Assembly (NCBI RefSeq): GCF_018977255.1
Contig: NW_024704771.1
Coordinates: forward strand, 3,410,001-3,474,000
From: Callorhinchus milii
Lineage: Eukaryota
Length of the DNA: 64,000 bases
Direction of reading: 5' to 3'
Shown here: positions 44,766 through 57,516 of the stretch, piece by piece
Position numbering within the stretch: position 1 is the stretch's first letter
Layout of the letters: every line of letters starts with the position of its first letter
Translations under genes and position numbers: made by a program
Notes under the pieces: model-generated
What the model saw: the letters and a program-made list of their open reading frames with translations, nothing else
The model's database searches: none
Told to the model about the DNA's origin: nothing

Positions 44766-45794
44766 TCAAATGCAACAAAGTTCTTGGGTCTCTAAGATTT
44801 ATCTGTATATTTCACATCTGAATCATGTAGTGTTTTGGTTAGAGAGCTCGCCTCGCAGGCCAGATGACCTGGTTTCAATTCCCGGGCGGGGCGAAACCTT
44901 AGGCCACTTACCAGTGGTAAATAGGAACATGGTCATTAACTGATTGGCTTATTTCTTTTCAGGGTTAATAATCCCTTCCAAAAATATATATATACAACTT
45001 GGACACTCGATGGTTGTTTGTGGGACACTGCTGTGTGCAATTGGCTGCTGCGTTTTGCCCATAAAATACACAGTCACTGCACTTTACAATATATCCTGTG
45101 GAGCGATACAATATATCCTAACAACGTGATAAAGCGCTATATCAAATGCAAGGATTATTATTATTATTATTATTGTTGATGTAGGTCAGGGTCTTAGAGA
45201 GGATGCAGAGGAGCAACGTGGACTTTAGTTATGTAGAGAGGCAAGAGAGGCTGAGATTCGTCTTATAGCAGAGAAGGTTAAGGAGAGATGTAATAGAGGT
45301 ATTCAAAATGATGAGGGGTTTTGATAAGAGTAGATAGGGAGCAACTGTTTCCTCTGGTGGGTGGGTGACGGTAAATAAAAAAATGATATCAAGCGCTCGA
45401 AAAATTATATAACAGCTTTCTGAGCCAGGGCTAAGGAGAGAAAAGCTATAATATCACACTTTGGAAAACCCTGACATTTAGCAGATTTGCATGACTTCAG
45501 CTTGCAACCATTTAATAAGAGGGAGAGAGAGAAAAGAGAGAAAAGATTACGCGAGTGTCGGTTTAACACCAGCAACTCTCCTCGTGAAAGGGAGAAAAAA
45601 AAATTAAACTGCACCAGGCAGCTATTTAACAGGGGTGAAAGAAATTGTGTTAAACGAGCATTTGTCACAGTGGCGACCGATTTTCGTGCTTGACGTGTGT
45701 GGGCACGTTAAACCATCAAAAATACCGTTGCACATTAACTGAGCTGCAACACATCTTGAAACTGGAAGCATTTGCTAATGTAAGGTGTGAGAGA

Positions 45795-46095
45795 CAATGT
45801 CAACAACAAATTACACTTACACCGCGCCTTTCACGTCGGGAGCACGTCCCAAAGCTGACGAGACAGTCGGGGATTTGCACCCGAGCTGGGGTTTGAGATC
45901 AGGAGGGGTGGAGGGTAGGGGTAGGAGGGTTACCGAATGCGCGGGCGAAGAGGAGGGTCTCAAGAACAGGCTGAAGGAAGTAAGGAAGGGAACGAGTTGA
46001 AGGGACTGCGGGATGGAGTTCAACGGGTGGAGGCAGAGGCTGAAGACCCGACCAATGGTGGAGCGGGCAGGGGACACGGAGCAGGCCGGAGATCA
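45795..46095 (-). mobile_element. L2 LINE 3' fragment
   Basis: L2 3' motifs and tail. Confidence 0.8.
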
Positions 46096-46844
46096 CTGAA
46101 TGGAGGGAATGGACAGGTCTATACGGACTTCAATCTCATGGCTCAATTGGCAGATTAACCGTATTAACGGTATATTAATGATAGCCTTTATCCAGAGGCC
46201 TCAGTTGAGGATTTGTTTGCTCAGCCGGGTGTCTGACACATGTGGAAACCCATCACCGTGCTTAAGAGTCTCCAAACCAAGCTGAAAATTCCATGCATCC
46301 ACCTTCACGTGGGACGTGGAATCACATCATCTAAGATGAAGCTCCAACGCAGTGCTGGGGGAATGCTGCATTGCTGGAGGTGCCGTCCTTCAGGTGAGAC
46401 ATTAAATCGAGATCCCCATCTCATGAATCGACAACGTGATCAAATTCCAGGATTATTGTTTAGGTTTGGGTACTCAGTTATCAAAGGATATAAAACCAAT
46501 AATAATAATAATCCTTGCATTTGATACAGAGCCTTATCACATCTCAAAGCGCTTCACAGGATATACTGTCAAGTGAACCGATTGTGTATTACGTGGATGA
46601 AACTCGGCAGCTAATTGATCACAGCAGCCAGTCGTGGTTGTGGACCAAATTATTTATTTATTGTTGGGATTATTACCCCCAGAAAGCAAACTGCCGATCG
46701 ATTAAAAACTGGGTTCCTACTTACTGCTACAAACAGAGGTGTGTGAGTGTGGATAACGAGTAAGGAAAGTTGCCTAAGGTTTCACCCCGGCTGGGAATCG
46801 AACCTGGGTCCTCTCGCTTGTGGGGTGAGCGCAGTAACCACTAC

Positions 46845-47520
46845 ACAAATAACAACAACAACAAAATTACATTTATAGAGCGCCTTTCACATCGGGAGGA
46901 CATCCCAAAGCGCTGAACAGTCAGATGTCGGGGCCCGAGCATGGGGGAGGGGTGGGGGAAGGCAGAGGGGTGGGAGGGTGACCAAAGGCATGATCGAAGA
47001 GGAGGATCTTGAAGGAGGCAAGGGAGGAAGCGAAGGGAGTTCCAGAGTGTGGGGGCAGAGGGGCTGAAAGCCCGGCCACCAATGGTAGGGCGGGTCGGGC
47101 GGGAGACATGGAGCAAGCCGGAGCCCGCTAAACGGAATGAGTGGGCAGATTGGTAGTGAGGCAGCAGGTCAGAGAGTACGAGGGGGCAACAACAAGATTA
47201 CATTTGTATAGCGCCTTTCACATCGGGAGAATGTCCCAAGGGGCATGGACGGCTTTGAAAGTAAGGACGAGGATCTTGAATTCGATCTTCTGGGGGGATG
47301 GGCAGCCAGTGGAGTCGGGCGAGGGTGGGGGTGATGGGGTCACGGAGCCTGGTGCGTGAGAGTACATGAGCTGCAGAGTTTTGGATGATCTACAGCTTGT
47401 GAAGGAAAGAGTTGGGGAGCCGATGAGGGGGGAGTTCCCGTAATCGAGACTTGACGTGACTAATGCGTGGGTGAGGGTTTCGGCAGCCTGAGGGACTGGC
47501 GGCGTCTGGCAATGTTGCGG
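46845..47520 (-). mobile_element. Two adjacent L2 fragments
   Basis: Tail at 46845; ETLTHALVTSSLDY and IEFKILVLTFKA motifs in the second fragment. Confidence 0.8.
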
Positions 47521-48472
47521 AGGACATCGAACCCCTACACTACAGGAATCAACATACGATAAGCATGTAGATTGTGTGCAGACTGGCACAGACTACAAAG
47601 GTTGCCTGTGTACAACTCGGCACTGAGATGTGTCTGCCCAAAACCACTCTCTTTGCCCAAGTCTAAGGCTGTCTGCAAAAATCTCAATGCTATGAAAAGC
47701 AGAAAGCCTTTCACTTGCTCTTTCCGTTGCCCAGAGGTGGCGGGTGGGGAGAGGGTGGGGAGGAGAGGAAACCACAAACAATTCAAATGATGCTGAACAG
47801 GATGTTTGAACATTGTTTTGCTTTTATATCTTCTGCACAAAGCCAACATTTGCACACTTTCAGTTCATTTCCAACTCGGGTCTAAAGATGGTCAACACAA
47901 ACTCCAGCCCTGTATTAATATTACAATACAATATAAAATTACATTTGTACAGCTCCTTTAATATTAATATTCATAATTATAATACTCCGCCTTTGATATA
48001 GCGCCTTATCATGGTATCGACATGTCTCAAAGCGTTTCACGGGATATACTGTATACTGTAAAGTGTAGTGACTGTATTTGTGGGCGAAACATGGCAGCTA
48101 ATTGCGCACAGCAGTGACCAACAAAGTTGAGGATTAATGAACAAATTATTATTTTATTTATTTATTAATGGATTATTACCCCCAAAAAACAATCCACCAA
48201 TCGATTAACAACCGGGTTCCTACTTACTCCTGGGTAAACAGAGGTGTGTGTGTGTGTGTGTGTGGAGTAAGGAAACTTGCCTAAGGTTTCGCCATGACTC
48301 TGCAAGGTGAAAACGAGCACCGCTAATTATTGAACTACAGGTCAAGAGAGCTCGTCCGCACCCACCTTCCCGACCCACACACCCACAGCTCACACAACCC
48401 TCAAAAACCAGAACAGAATGTGGTCCTATTCATCTGAGCTGCACCTGAACTTCCTGCAGCAGCTCCTCCTCA

Positions 48473-48577
48473 TCACCACCGAGCTCGGTGTGTAGACTTC
48501 ACTGTCCTAAAGGTGTCCATGATGTGGAACATCATCTGCAAGAACCATCTCTTCATCATCCTGTTCATCCCAGGCAT
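48473..48577 (-). CDS. Candidate terminal exon of an unidentified - strand gene
   Basis: ggattccactacag| acceptor; phase 0 gives MPGMNRMMKRWFLQMMFHIMDTFRTVKSTHRARW*. The phase 1 frame is acidic (DAWDEQDDEE), so the true frame is uncertain. Confidence 0.35.
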   Translation of the reverse strand: MPGMNRMMKRWFLQMMFHIMDTFRTVKSTHRARW

Positions 48578-48609
48578 CTGTAGTGGAATCCCAGTAATGT
48601 TAGAGGCCC

Positions 48610-49020
48610 AGTAATGTAATAATAATAATAATAATAATCCTTGCATTCAATATCGCGCCTTATCATGTTGTGGAAATGGCTTAAAGCGCTTCACAGGATA
48701 TACTGTGTAGTGACTGTCTACTTTTGTGGGTGAAACGAGGAAGCTAATTGCACACAGGAGTGTCCCACAAACAATTGTGGTTCGAGTGTGCAAATCATTA
48801 GTATTTTTATTGAGTTTTAAAAAATTATTATTTTGAAGGGATTATTACCCCCGGAAAAGTGATTTGCCAATCAACTGACAACTGGGTTGCTACTTACTGC
48901 TGGGTAAACAGAGGTGTGTGGAGTAAGGAAACTTGACTATGGTGTCACCCCACCCTGGAATCAAACCCGGGTTCTCTCGCTTGCGAGGTGAGCGCTCTGA
49001 CCACTACACTACAAGACTCC
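48610..49020 (-). mobile_element. tRNA-SINE, older long subfamily
   Basis: Complete head-to-tail copy in the last intron of the unidentified - strand gene. Confidence 0.85.
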
Positions 49021-49072
49021 AAAGCGATGAAAATCACATCGGAGCCAAAGGTGCTTTAGGAAAGGCACTTAC

Positions 49073-49188
49073 ATGTGTATCACTGAGACCTCCTCCTGTC
49101 AGGATGTCACAGTCAGTTTCAAGCGAGTTGCCATTGGTGTCCAACATGCCAATGACAAGGAAATCCCTCAGATCCACGACATGATCTC
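49073..49188 (-). CDS. Exon of the unidentified - strand gene (DHVVDLRDFLVIGMLDTNGNSLETDCDILTGGGLSDTH)
   Basis: ctttgtaacctctttgtgcag| acceptor, |gtaagt donor; only the phase 1 frame is open, matching the preceding exon. Confidence 0.6.
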
Positions 49189-50253
49189 CTGCACAAAGAG
49201 GTTACAAAGCCACAAGCAATTACACAAACAATTACGTCAGCCATTCGTTGCACTTGGATTCTTCTATCAAGCACGATCTTTCACTCCTACAAGAACAGTC
49301 ATTACACTTGACGGTACTGATAATTTATAATTAATAATGCCTGCATTTGATGTAATGCGGTATCACATCGTTGCAACATCTCAAAGCGCTTCATAGGCTA
49401 TTGTAAAGTTGGACTCACTGTATTTTATTGGCAAAGCATGGCAGACAATTGCGTACAGCAGTGCCCCACAAACAGGTATGGATTGAGCAATTACAATTTT
49501 TTTTGTAGACCAAATTATCATTATTTTATTTCATAGATTTATTTAATTTTCTTGGGAGGGATTATTATTAACCCCAGAAAGCGATCCACCAATCGACTTA
49601 ACAACCAGGTTCCAACTCACTGCTAGGTAAGCAGAGGTGTGTGTGTGTGTGTGTGGATTAAGTAAACTTGCTTAAGGTTCGCCCACAAATATACAGTCAA
49701 TTCACTTGTGTGTTCTGTGAAGCGCTTTGGGACGTCCTCCCGACGTGAAAAGCGCTATATCAAATGCAAGGATTATTATTATTATTATTATTAAGGTTTC
49801 GCTCCACCTGGGAATCTAACCCAGGTCCTCTCGCTTGCGAGGCGAGTGCGCTAACCGATACGTTGAATGAGGACACGTTGAGGCATGTGGAGTAAGGAAA
49901 CTTGCCTACGGTTTTGCCTGCCTGGGAATCAAACCTGGGTCCCATGCCAACTACCGAGCTACGAGACTCCAAATTGCTTTCTATGGGACACTGCCATGTT
50001 CACCTACAAAATGCAGTCACTACATTTTACGACGAATCCCTGCAAGCTCTTCGAGACATGCGATAAGGCACTATATCAAATATAATATGTATATTACTGT
50101 TGTTATGCACATTTAGGTCACTGCCTTGTTTCAGGGTCATGGAGTCCTGTAGCATAGCAGTAATAAATTCAAGGATTATTATTTTTATTACTACCTTCCT
50201 TGACCTGATATTTCCATGCTACTGGGTGTAAAACAGAACAGAGAATCACTCAC

Positions 50254-50353
50254 CATTTGCTGGAGGGACAGAGTTCTCCTCATTGTGTGGCCTCACCATG
50301 ATGATGGCACTGGACTCAATATCAAAATGTATTTCCATCCGACAGTTCCCCAC
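50254..50353 (-). CDS. Exon of the unidentified - strand gene (VGNCRMEIHFDIESSAIIMVRPHNEENSVPPAN)
   Basis: ttgttgtag| acceptor, |gtgagt donor; only the phase 0 frame is open, ends in phase 1. Confidence 0.6.
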
Positions 50354-50439
50354 CTACAACAACAACAACAACTTGCATTGATATATTTCACACAGGGCAG
50401 CATCTCAGAGCCCTTAATGGTGGAGTAACCTAACACCGA

Positions 50440-51030
50440 GCCAGGGGGAGAGGGAGTTGACCAAAGAGAAAGATCTACGGGCCCGACGATGGGAAAGGAT
50501 GGGACAAGATGGAGGGATAGAGTTTCAGGGTGCAATGGCTGAAAGTGCGGCCACCGATGGTGGGGCGGAGGAACAAAAACAACAACTTGCACTTACATAG
50601 CGCCCTCCACTCAGAGGGCTTAACAGTGGCGGAGCCTAACTCAGAGCTGGGCGGGTGGTGGTGGGGGCAGGGGTGGAGGTGACCATAAGCACGGTCGAAA
50701 AGGGAGATGGGACTTGAAAAAGGGGAGAGGTGGGGGGTAAGGTGGAGGGGATTGACTGAGAGTGTTCTGGAGTTTGCGGGCAAAGTGGCTAAAAGCGCGA
50801 CCTCCAATGGTAGAGCAGAGGACGCGAGTAACAAGAAGGAGACTGGTGCCAGTCGAGCGGAGGCAGCGGGTGATGGACAGGGGAGTGAGGAGGTCGGAGA
50901 GGGAGGGAGGTGACAAACAGGAGGGTATGAGGGACAGGCAAAAGGCCGGAGCCATTTGAGCGGAGGCAATGGGTAGTGGATTGGAGAGGAAACAGGTCAG
51001 AGAGGAAGGGAGGTGCCAGGGTGAGAAGGG
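50440..51030 (-). mobile_element. Old L2 fragments
   Basis: STIGGRAFS motif twice, tail at about 50580. Confidence 0.75.
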
Positions 51031-51118
51031 ATTAATACAAATAAAGCATATCAGGCCACCCGAACAACACTGTTGAAATAACACACTTGTTTAAATGCCC
51101 CACAATATGCATACTTAC

Positions 51119-51176
51119 TTCCTTGTCCCCTGATCTTGCACGCTCAATGCCTGCCTCGCACACTCTCGTTGCTTGC
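51119..51176 (-). CDS. Candidate exon (QATRVCEAGIERARSGDKE, phase 2 to 0)
   Basis: Strong |gtaagt donor, weak acceptor; phase links 53151 to 50353. Confidence 0.35.
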
Positions 51177-51604
51177 CTGGAACTCACTGCTCACCTCGTA
51201 TGCTCACTGCCTGCCTTGACTGCCAGCATGTTGAACAGCGAGATACTTATCCTCAGTGAAATGCCAGTGTGGGCTCGGCCTCACTTTGCTCAGAGGTGTG
51301 TTAATGGGGGTCATTTACAGCAGCTAAACAGCAAATACTCAGCCTGTTGTGTGAAGCCGTTTGAGGCAATGTTTATTACAATCACTCAGCCTCTCTTGAT
51401 CAGCATCTGAAGAACTCCTTTTTGTTGCCACTGTTGCATAGCAGGTTCAGGCCTGTCTCAGGTATCTGAGTTCAACAACGCTCAAATATTCTGGGGCGAA
51501 ATATTTACAATAGTAATCCTTGCATTTGATATAACACCTTATCACGTCTTCATGGCAACAACAACAACTTGCGCCCTCCACCCAAGGTAGCGTCTCAGAC
51601 CGCT

Positions 51605-51922
51605 GTGGAGTCCTGTAGCTCAGTGGTTAGAGCACTCGCTTTGCAAGCGAGAGACCTGAGTTCAATTCCCGGCAGAGCGAAACCTTGGGCAACTTTCCTT
51701 ACTCCATACGCCTGATAATAATCCCTCCAAAACCAAAAACAATAATAAATTGGTCACTTCAATCCACGACTGTTTGTGGGACGCTGCTGTGCGCAATTGG
51801 TTGCCGCGTTTCGCCCACAAATATGCAGTCAATTCACTTTACAGGATATTCTGTGAAGCGCTTTGAGACGTCGAAAGACGTGAAAAGCACTATATCAAAT
51901 GCAAGGATTATTATTATTATTA
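51605..51922 (+). mobile_element. tRNA-SINE, intermediate type
   Basis: Young-type head and central deletion with an older-type tail. Confidence 0.85.
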
Positions 51923-53150
51923 ATAGTGGTGGAGCCTGACTCTGAGCTGGGGGAGGGAGGAGGTAAGCACGGTCGAAGAGGAAAGTTTTCAGGTGGGCTT
52001 CAAAGAGGGAAGAGAGGGGGCAAGGGGGAGGGATTGCGGGAGAGTATTCCAGAGTTTTGGGGCTTGGTGGCCGAAAGCACGAGCTCCAATGGAGGAGTGG
52101 AGGCACCAGGTGGTGGATTGGAGAGTGAGCAGGCCGGAGACGTAGGAAGGTGCCAGGGAGTGAATGGATTTGAACACGAGTGTGAGGATCTTGAAGTTGA
52201 AGTGACATCTCAAAACGCTTCACAGAATATACTATGAAGTGTATGAAACTATGACTGTATTTTGTGGGTGAAACACGGCAGACAATTGCACACAGCAGTG
52301 AACCACGAATAGTCTTGGATTGAGTGACCCCATTATTATTATTTTGTTGATTTATTTTGTAGGGATTATTACCCCCGAAAAGCAATCCACCAATTGACAA
52401 ACAACCAGGTTCCTGCTTACTGCCAGGTAAACAGTAAGGAGAAAGGAAACTTTAGGGTTTTGCCCTGCCTGGGAATCGAACCCGGGTCCTCTCACTTGCA
52501 AGGTGAGTGCTCTATCCATTACGCTACAAGACTCCACTATTTGCCAACCTCTTCTTAAATCTGTGCCTGCCTCTGGCTCCAGGACCGAAAGTCATGAGAC
52601 CACATTTATATAGAGCTCTTCACGCAGGAAAGCATTGGGAACGTTTAACAGTGGTGGAAGTTGACGACAAGCCAGGGAAGAGGGGAGAGATGACCATGGC
52701 TCACAACCAGAGTCCTGCAGCGTAGTGGTTAGAGCGGTCAGCTCACAAGCGAGAGAACTCGGTTCGATTCACGTGCAGGGCGAAGCCTTAGGCCAGTTTC
52801 CTTACTCCACACGCCTGTTTACCTAGCAGTAAGTAGGAACCCTGTTGTTAGTCAATTCGGGGATCATTTCTGGGTGTAATAATCCCTTTTAAAAAAACGT
52901 TTGGTCAATCAACGACTGCTGTGCGCTACTGGCGGCCGTGTTCCGCCCACAAAACATTCAGTCAATTCACTTTACAGCATATTCTGTGAAGCACTTTGAG
53001 ACGTGATAAGGTGCTAAATCTAGTGCAAGGATTATCATTATATTAAACAGCTTTTTCAATGAAGCACACAGACTAAATGAGGAATCTGAGCAAAGGAATA
53101 TGAAGCCAAGAGATGGGTTATTCATCTATACTGCTCTCCCTTCCACTCAC

Positions 53151-53210
53151 ATTTTCAATTGCCAATTGGACAAGTTAACAAAGAGCTGAGATGCGAAGAG
53201 ATTAACATCT
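53151..53210 (-). CDS. Candidate exon (DVNLFASQLFVNLSNWQLK, phase 2 to 2)
   Basis: ctcctcaattgtgggtccag| acceptor, |gtgagt donor, single open frame. Confidence 0.4.
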
Positions 53211-53934
53211 CTGGACCCACAATTGAGGAGATTAACACTAGATTTACACCCAATTTAACTGGGCATCAATTTTTCTTTTGGTCAGCTGGGTGCCTGACAC
53301 ATGCTTAACAGTCTCCAAACCAAACTGAGAATTCCATACATCCCACCTGCACCTGGAAATCCCAGCGACAGGTTGTTGGAATGGAATCCGCACTCTGTTC
53401 ACCTGATTCTGGAGAGTATCAGGCGCAGGTGTCACAAAGCCCAACAACACCCTCTATTGGCGGACATTGGTGCCAAAAAAAGAGAGCATTTGTTTCTCTT
53501 CCTTCATGTAGATTCAGGTCTCAGAGTTCTTTATAGCGGTGGGAACAGACAGCAAGCAGGGGGAGGGGAGAGGGGGTGACCATAGTCACGGTCGCGAAGC
53601 ATGTATTCAGGCAGGACTTGAAGAGAGAGAGAGGGGGAGCGAGTAGGGCCTCGAGGGAGGAATTTCCAAAAGTTTAATAGCAACAATCCTTGTATTTGAT
53701 ATAGCGCCGTATCGGGTCACTGAGACATTTCAAAACATTTCACAGTTAAAGTGAAGTAAATCGTAAGTGAAACACGGCAGCCAATTGTCGTGGATTCAGT
53801 GACCCAATTATTATTTTTTAAAAGGGAATCTTACCACTGGAAAGCAATGCCACTTGAATAACAACCTGGTTCCTATTTAATGCTAGGTAAACAGAGGCGT
53901 GTGGAGTAAGGAAACTTCCACTGTTTCCCTGGCG

Positions 53935-54425
53935 GGTCGCTCGGTAACCGGAGGACACAGATTTGGCAAAAAAAAAAGCAACCCAGCCAGACTAAGGATT
54001 TTGATAGAATAAATGTGGAGAAACTGTTCTACTGGCAGGTGGAAACACAGATTCCAGAGGTCACAGATTTAAGTTAATTGGCAAAGGAACAGCTCCTCTA
54101 ATGGTACCACTGCTCCTGCAGAGTAAATACAGAGTGAATCGGTACGTATGCATTGGTTTTATGCTTCAATTTATTCAACAGAAAATAAATCATAACAATG
54201 ATATCTATTTGGCAGAACTGCATTTTACAGTGGAATGCACTGCCTGAAAGGGTAGAAGCAGATTCGTCAGTATTCACAAAGGAATTGAATAGGTACTTCA
54301 AAGGGAAAAAAATGTGCAGGACTATGGGGTAAGAGTGGGGGAGTAGCTCTTTCAAAGAGCCGGCACAAGCACAATGGGCCGAATGGCCTCCTTTGGTGCT
54401 GCAAAATTCTATGACTATATGATAC
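53935..54425 (+). mobile_element. CR1 LINE 3' fragments
   Basis: TRGH.FK and VWNALP-like remnants; ggccgaatggcctcc...ttctatga tail. Confidence 0.75.
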
Positions 54426-54702
54426 AGACGAGCCCTCCAATCCTATTGAAATTAGTCCTTTCTTTATAATATGAACAATTTTCTTTTGCTCACATGTTTT
54501 GGATGAAATTATTTTAAGAATACAACATAGATCTTCATATCCTACCAGTCTAAGCATTTGTAGGTCCTTCACAATAGATGTTGGTCAGAATCTTCAATCC
54601 TAACAGTCACAGCAAAAGAATAAGAAAGGTGCTGCCTTGTGGAAGTGCCATGGGCTTTAAATGAAAGGTTGACACAAACAAACACACACACAAACCAAGG
54701 TA

Positions 54703-55025
54703 ATAATAATACTAATAATCCTTGTATTTGATATAGCGCTTTTCACGTCGGGAGGACGTCCCAAAGTGCTTCACAGAACACACTGTAAAGTGAATTGACT
54801 GTATATTTGTGGGCGAACGCGGCAGCCAATTGCGCACAGCAATGTCCCACAGACAGTCGTAGATTGAAAATGACCAATTTATTATTGTTTTTGGTTTTGG
54901 AGGGATTATTATTAGGCTCTGTGTGGAGTAAGGAAACTTGCCCGAGGTTTGACCCTCTGCCTGGAATTGAACTCAGGTCTCTCACTTGCAAAGCGAGTGC
55001 TCTGACCACTGAGCTACAGGACTCC
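54703..55025 (-). mobile_element. tRNA-SINE, young subfamily
   Basis: Near-consensus copy. Confidence 0.9.
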
Positions 55026-55939
55026 AAAGATGGCTCCACTCTGATATCAGTCCTCCTAAAGAAAAAACACAAGGCAATCAGTGCATCTGCAACAATTTGT
55101 GTTCCAGATTATTATAATAATCCTTCCATTTAATATAGCGTTTTATCACATCATTGAGACTTCGCAAAATATATTGTAAAGTGAATTGATTGTATATTTT
55201 GTGGGCGAGACTCTGTATTTTGTGGGCAAAGTTTAATAGGACCAAACTGTACAAGAATCACCAAATTGTGATTAAAAATCACTTTCACCTTAATGGGAAT
55301 GCTAGGTGCAAACCACCTGCCACCTGCTGGGGTTTCTTGAAGTGTTCTTTAAATATGGTAAGCAGCACTTTAAGGTATAATGCAAATTTTAAGTGCATTT
55401 ATTGAATAATTAACCTTGCATTGCATATAGTGCTTTATCAGGTCGTTGAGACGTCTCAAAGCAGAATATACTGTACAGTCTACAGAATATACTGTAAAGC
55501 ATATTGACTGTGTATTTTGTGGGTGAAACCCGGCAGCCAATTGCGCACAGCGGGGTCCCCCAAACAGTTGTGGATTGAGTGACCAATTTTTTTTGAGGGA
55601 TTATTACACTCGGAAAAGCAATCCGTCAATCACCTAATAACTGGGTTCAAACTTATTGCTAGATAAACAGAGGCCTGTTTGTGGAGTAAGGAAACTTGCC
55701 TAAGGTTTCGTCCCACCCAGGAATCTAACCCAGATCCTCTCGCTTGCGAAGAGAGTGCACTAACCAATACGTACAGGGCTCCACATATGTATAAATACAT
55801 AACTAAACATGTCCGGGATGCTATCAGGGTGTTGACTTAACTGGTAGTGACAAGCTGAGCCATAGTCGAGTTATCAGGAGTTTATTGCAATGGATTTTAG
55901 AGTCAAAATAGATCAGTTTCAGTCAAAATGAATCGCTTT

Positions 55940-56867
55940 CAGTTTTGACTGAAGCAAACACAAGGTTAGGGAGGGTAGTAAACAGTGAGAAGGATAGGAG
56001 CCAACTGCAGGAAGACACAGACAGAATGGTAAAATGGGCAGACACATGGCAGATGAATTTCAATGTGGAGAAATGCAAAGTAATGCATTTTGGTAGAAAG
56101 AATGAGGGGAGCAATAGAGGCTGGTAATACAATCATAAGGGGGGGTAAAAGAACAGAGAGACCTGGGGGTGCAGGTGAATGAATCCTTGAAGGTGGCAGG
56201 ACAGGGAGATAAAGCTGTAAAAAGGGCATATGGATACTTGGCTTTATAAATAGAGGCATAGAGTACAAGAGTCAGGAGGTTATGATTAACCTATATAAAC
56301 ACTGGTTAGGCCTCAGATAGAATACTTCGCCCAGTTCTGGGCACCGCACTATAGGAAGGATGTTAAGGCATTGGAAAGGGCGCAGAGGAGATTTACGAGG
56401 ATGGTACCAGGAATGAGGGACTGTGATGATGAGGAAAGGCTGGAGAGGTTAGGATTATTCTCATTGGAGCAGAGAAGGTTACGAGGACCTAATAGAGGTC
56501 TTCAAAATCATGAGGGGATTTGATAGGTTAGAAAGGGAAAAACTGTTCCCACTGGTGGGTGTGTCGGTGACTCGAGGTCACAGATTCAGAATAGTCTCTA
56601 AAAGAAGCCGAGGGGAGGTGAGAAGGAATTTTTTCACGCAGCGAGTTGTTCCAATCTGGAATGCATTGCCTGAAAGGGCGGTCGAGGCCGATTCGATAAC
56701 AACTTTTAAAAACGCGGTGGACGGGTATTTGAGGAGGACGGGTTTGCAGGGTTACGGGGAAAGGGCTGGGGAGTGGGATTGACATTACACTGCTCTATTC
56801 AAAGGCCGGCACAGACTCGATGGGCCGAATGGCCTCTTTTTGTGCTGTACGATTCTATGATTCTATG
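55940..56867 (+). mobile_element. CR1 LINE, 5' truncated (RT C-terminus and 3' UTR)
   Basis: W...WQMNFNVEKCKVMHFG, LVRP..EY..QFWAPHY.KD, TRGHRF, RVVPIWNALP; (ATTCTATG)2 tail. Confidence 0.92.
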
Positions 56868-57250
56868 TAACAACAACAAATTCCATTTGTAAAGTGCCTT
56901 TCACATCAGGAAGATGCCACAAGGCGCTGAACTGTCAGGAATTTGGATCTGAGCCGGAGGTTGGGATCAGTGGGAGTGGAGGGCAAGGAGGGTAGGGGTG
57001 GGAGGGTGGCCAGACCCACGGTCGATGAGGCCTAACTGCCTTGAGATGTGCTTTGAATGAGGCGAGGGAGGGAGTGAGGCAAAGGGACTAGGGGATGGAG
57101 TTCCAAAGGGTGGGAGCAGAGAAGCTGAAGGCCCAAAGGCCGATGTTGGGGTGGGCCGGGCGGGAGACGGGGAGCAGGCTTGAGCCAGCTGAGCGCAGGG
57201 TGTGGGATCAGCAGGTCACAGAGGTAGGAAGGAGCAAGACTGTGGAATAA
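56868..57250 (-). mobile_element. L2 LINE 3' fragment, tail-to-tail with CR1
   Basis: L2 tail directly follows the CR1 (ATTCTATG)n tail. Confidence 0.78.
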
Positions 57251-57516
57251 CCTCCCCTCCCAGCTCACAAAGGAAACCATCCATTGTTCGTTACCTGAGA
57301 ACGCCCCACTAGGCACTGCTAAATACTAGGAATCATCGTCGTCTCAGCCCTCTAATACCCCTTGGGGGGTGAAGTTCCACGTGCCATTTCTGCACTATAA
57401 TTCAAATAGACAAACAAGCGTGCAAATAATTCATGTGTGTTGCAGGCAGATATAAGAATTTGCTGGACAAAAGAAAACCAAGGTCAATCCAGTTTACCTT
57501 CCACCATCCTGGCGGT

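Noticed and set aside
48430-48610. Gene-like + strand frames (ELHLNFLQQLLL / DFTVLKVSMMWNII)
   Set aside because: Interrupted by a stop and a frame change; best explained as the antisense shadow of the - strand exon.
48933-49184. LRR-like DENHIGAKGALGKAL in a + strand ORF
   Set aside because: Single short motif spanning a SINE junction; the opposite strand has a better exon with canonical splice sites.
54546-54599. - strand exon candidate with a strong acceptor
   Set aside because: Stops in all three frames before the donor. It could only be a terminal or poison exon (GLKILTNIYCEGPTNA*), and nothing supports that.
1522-55133. Recurrent ORFs [14 protein letters not shown]... and MTVYLWANAAA...
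   Set aside because: Both strands of the young SINE; non-coding.
57290-57385. - strand exon candidate between L2 and CR1
   Set aside because: Stops in all frames unless a 21-nt micro-exon is assumed.
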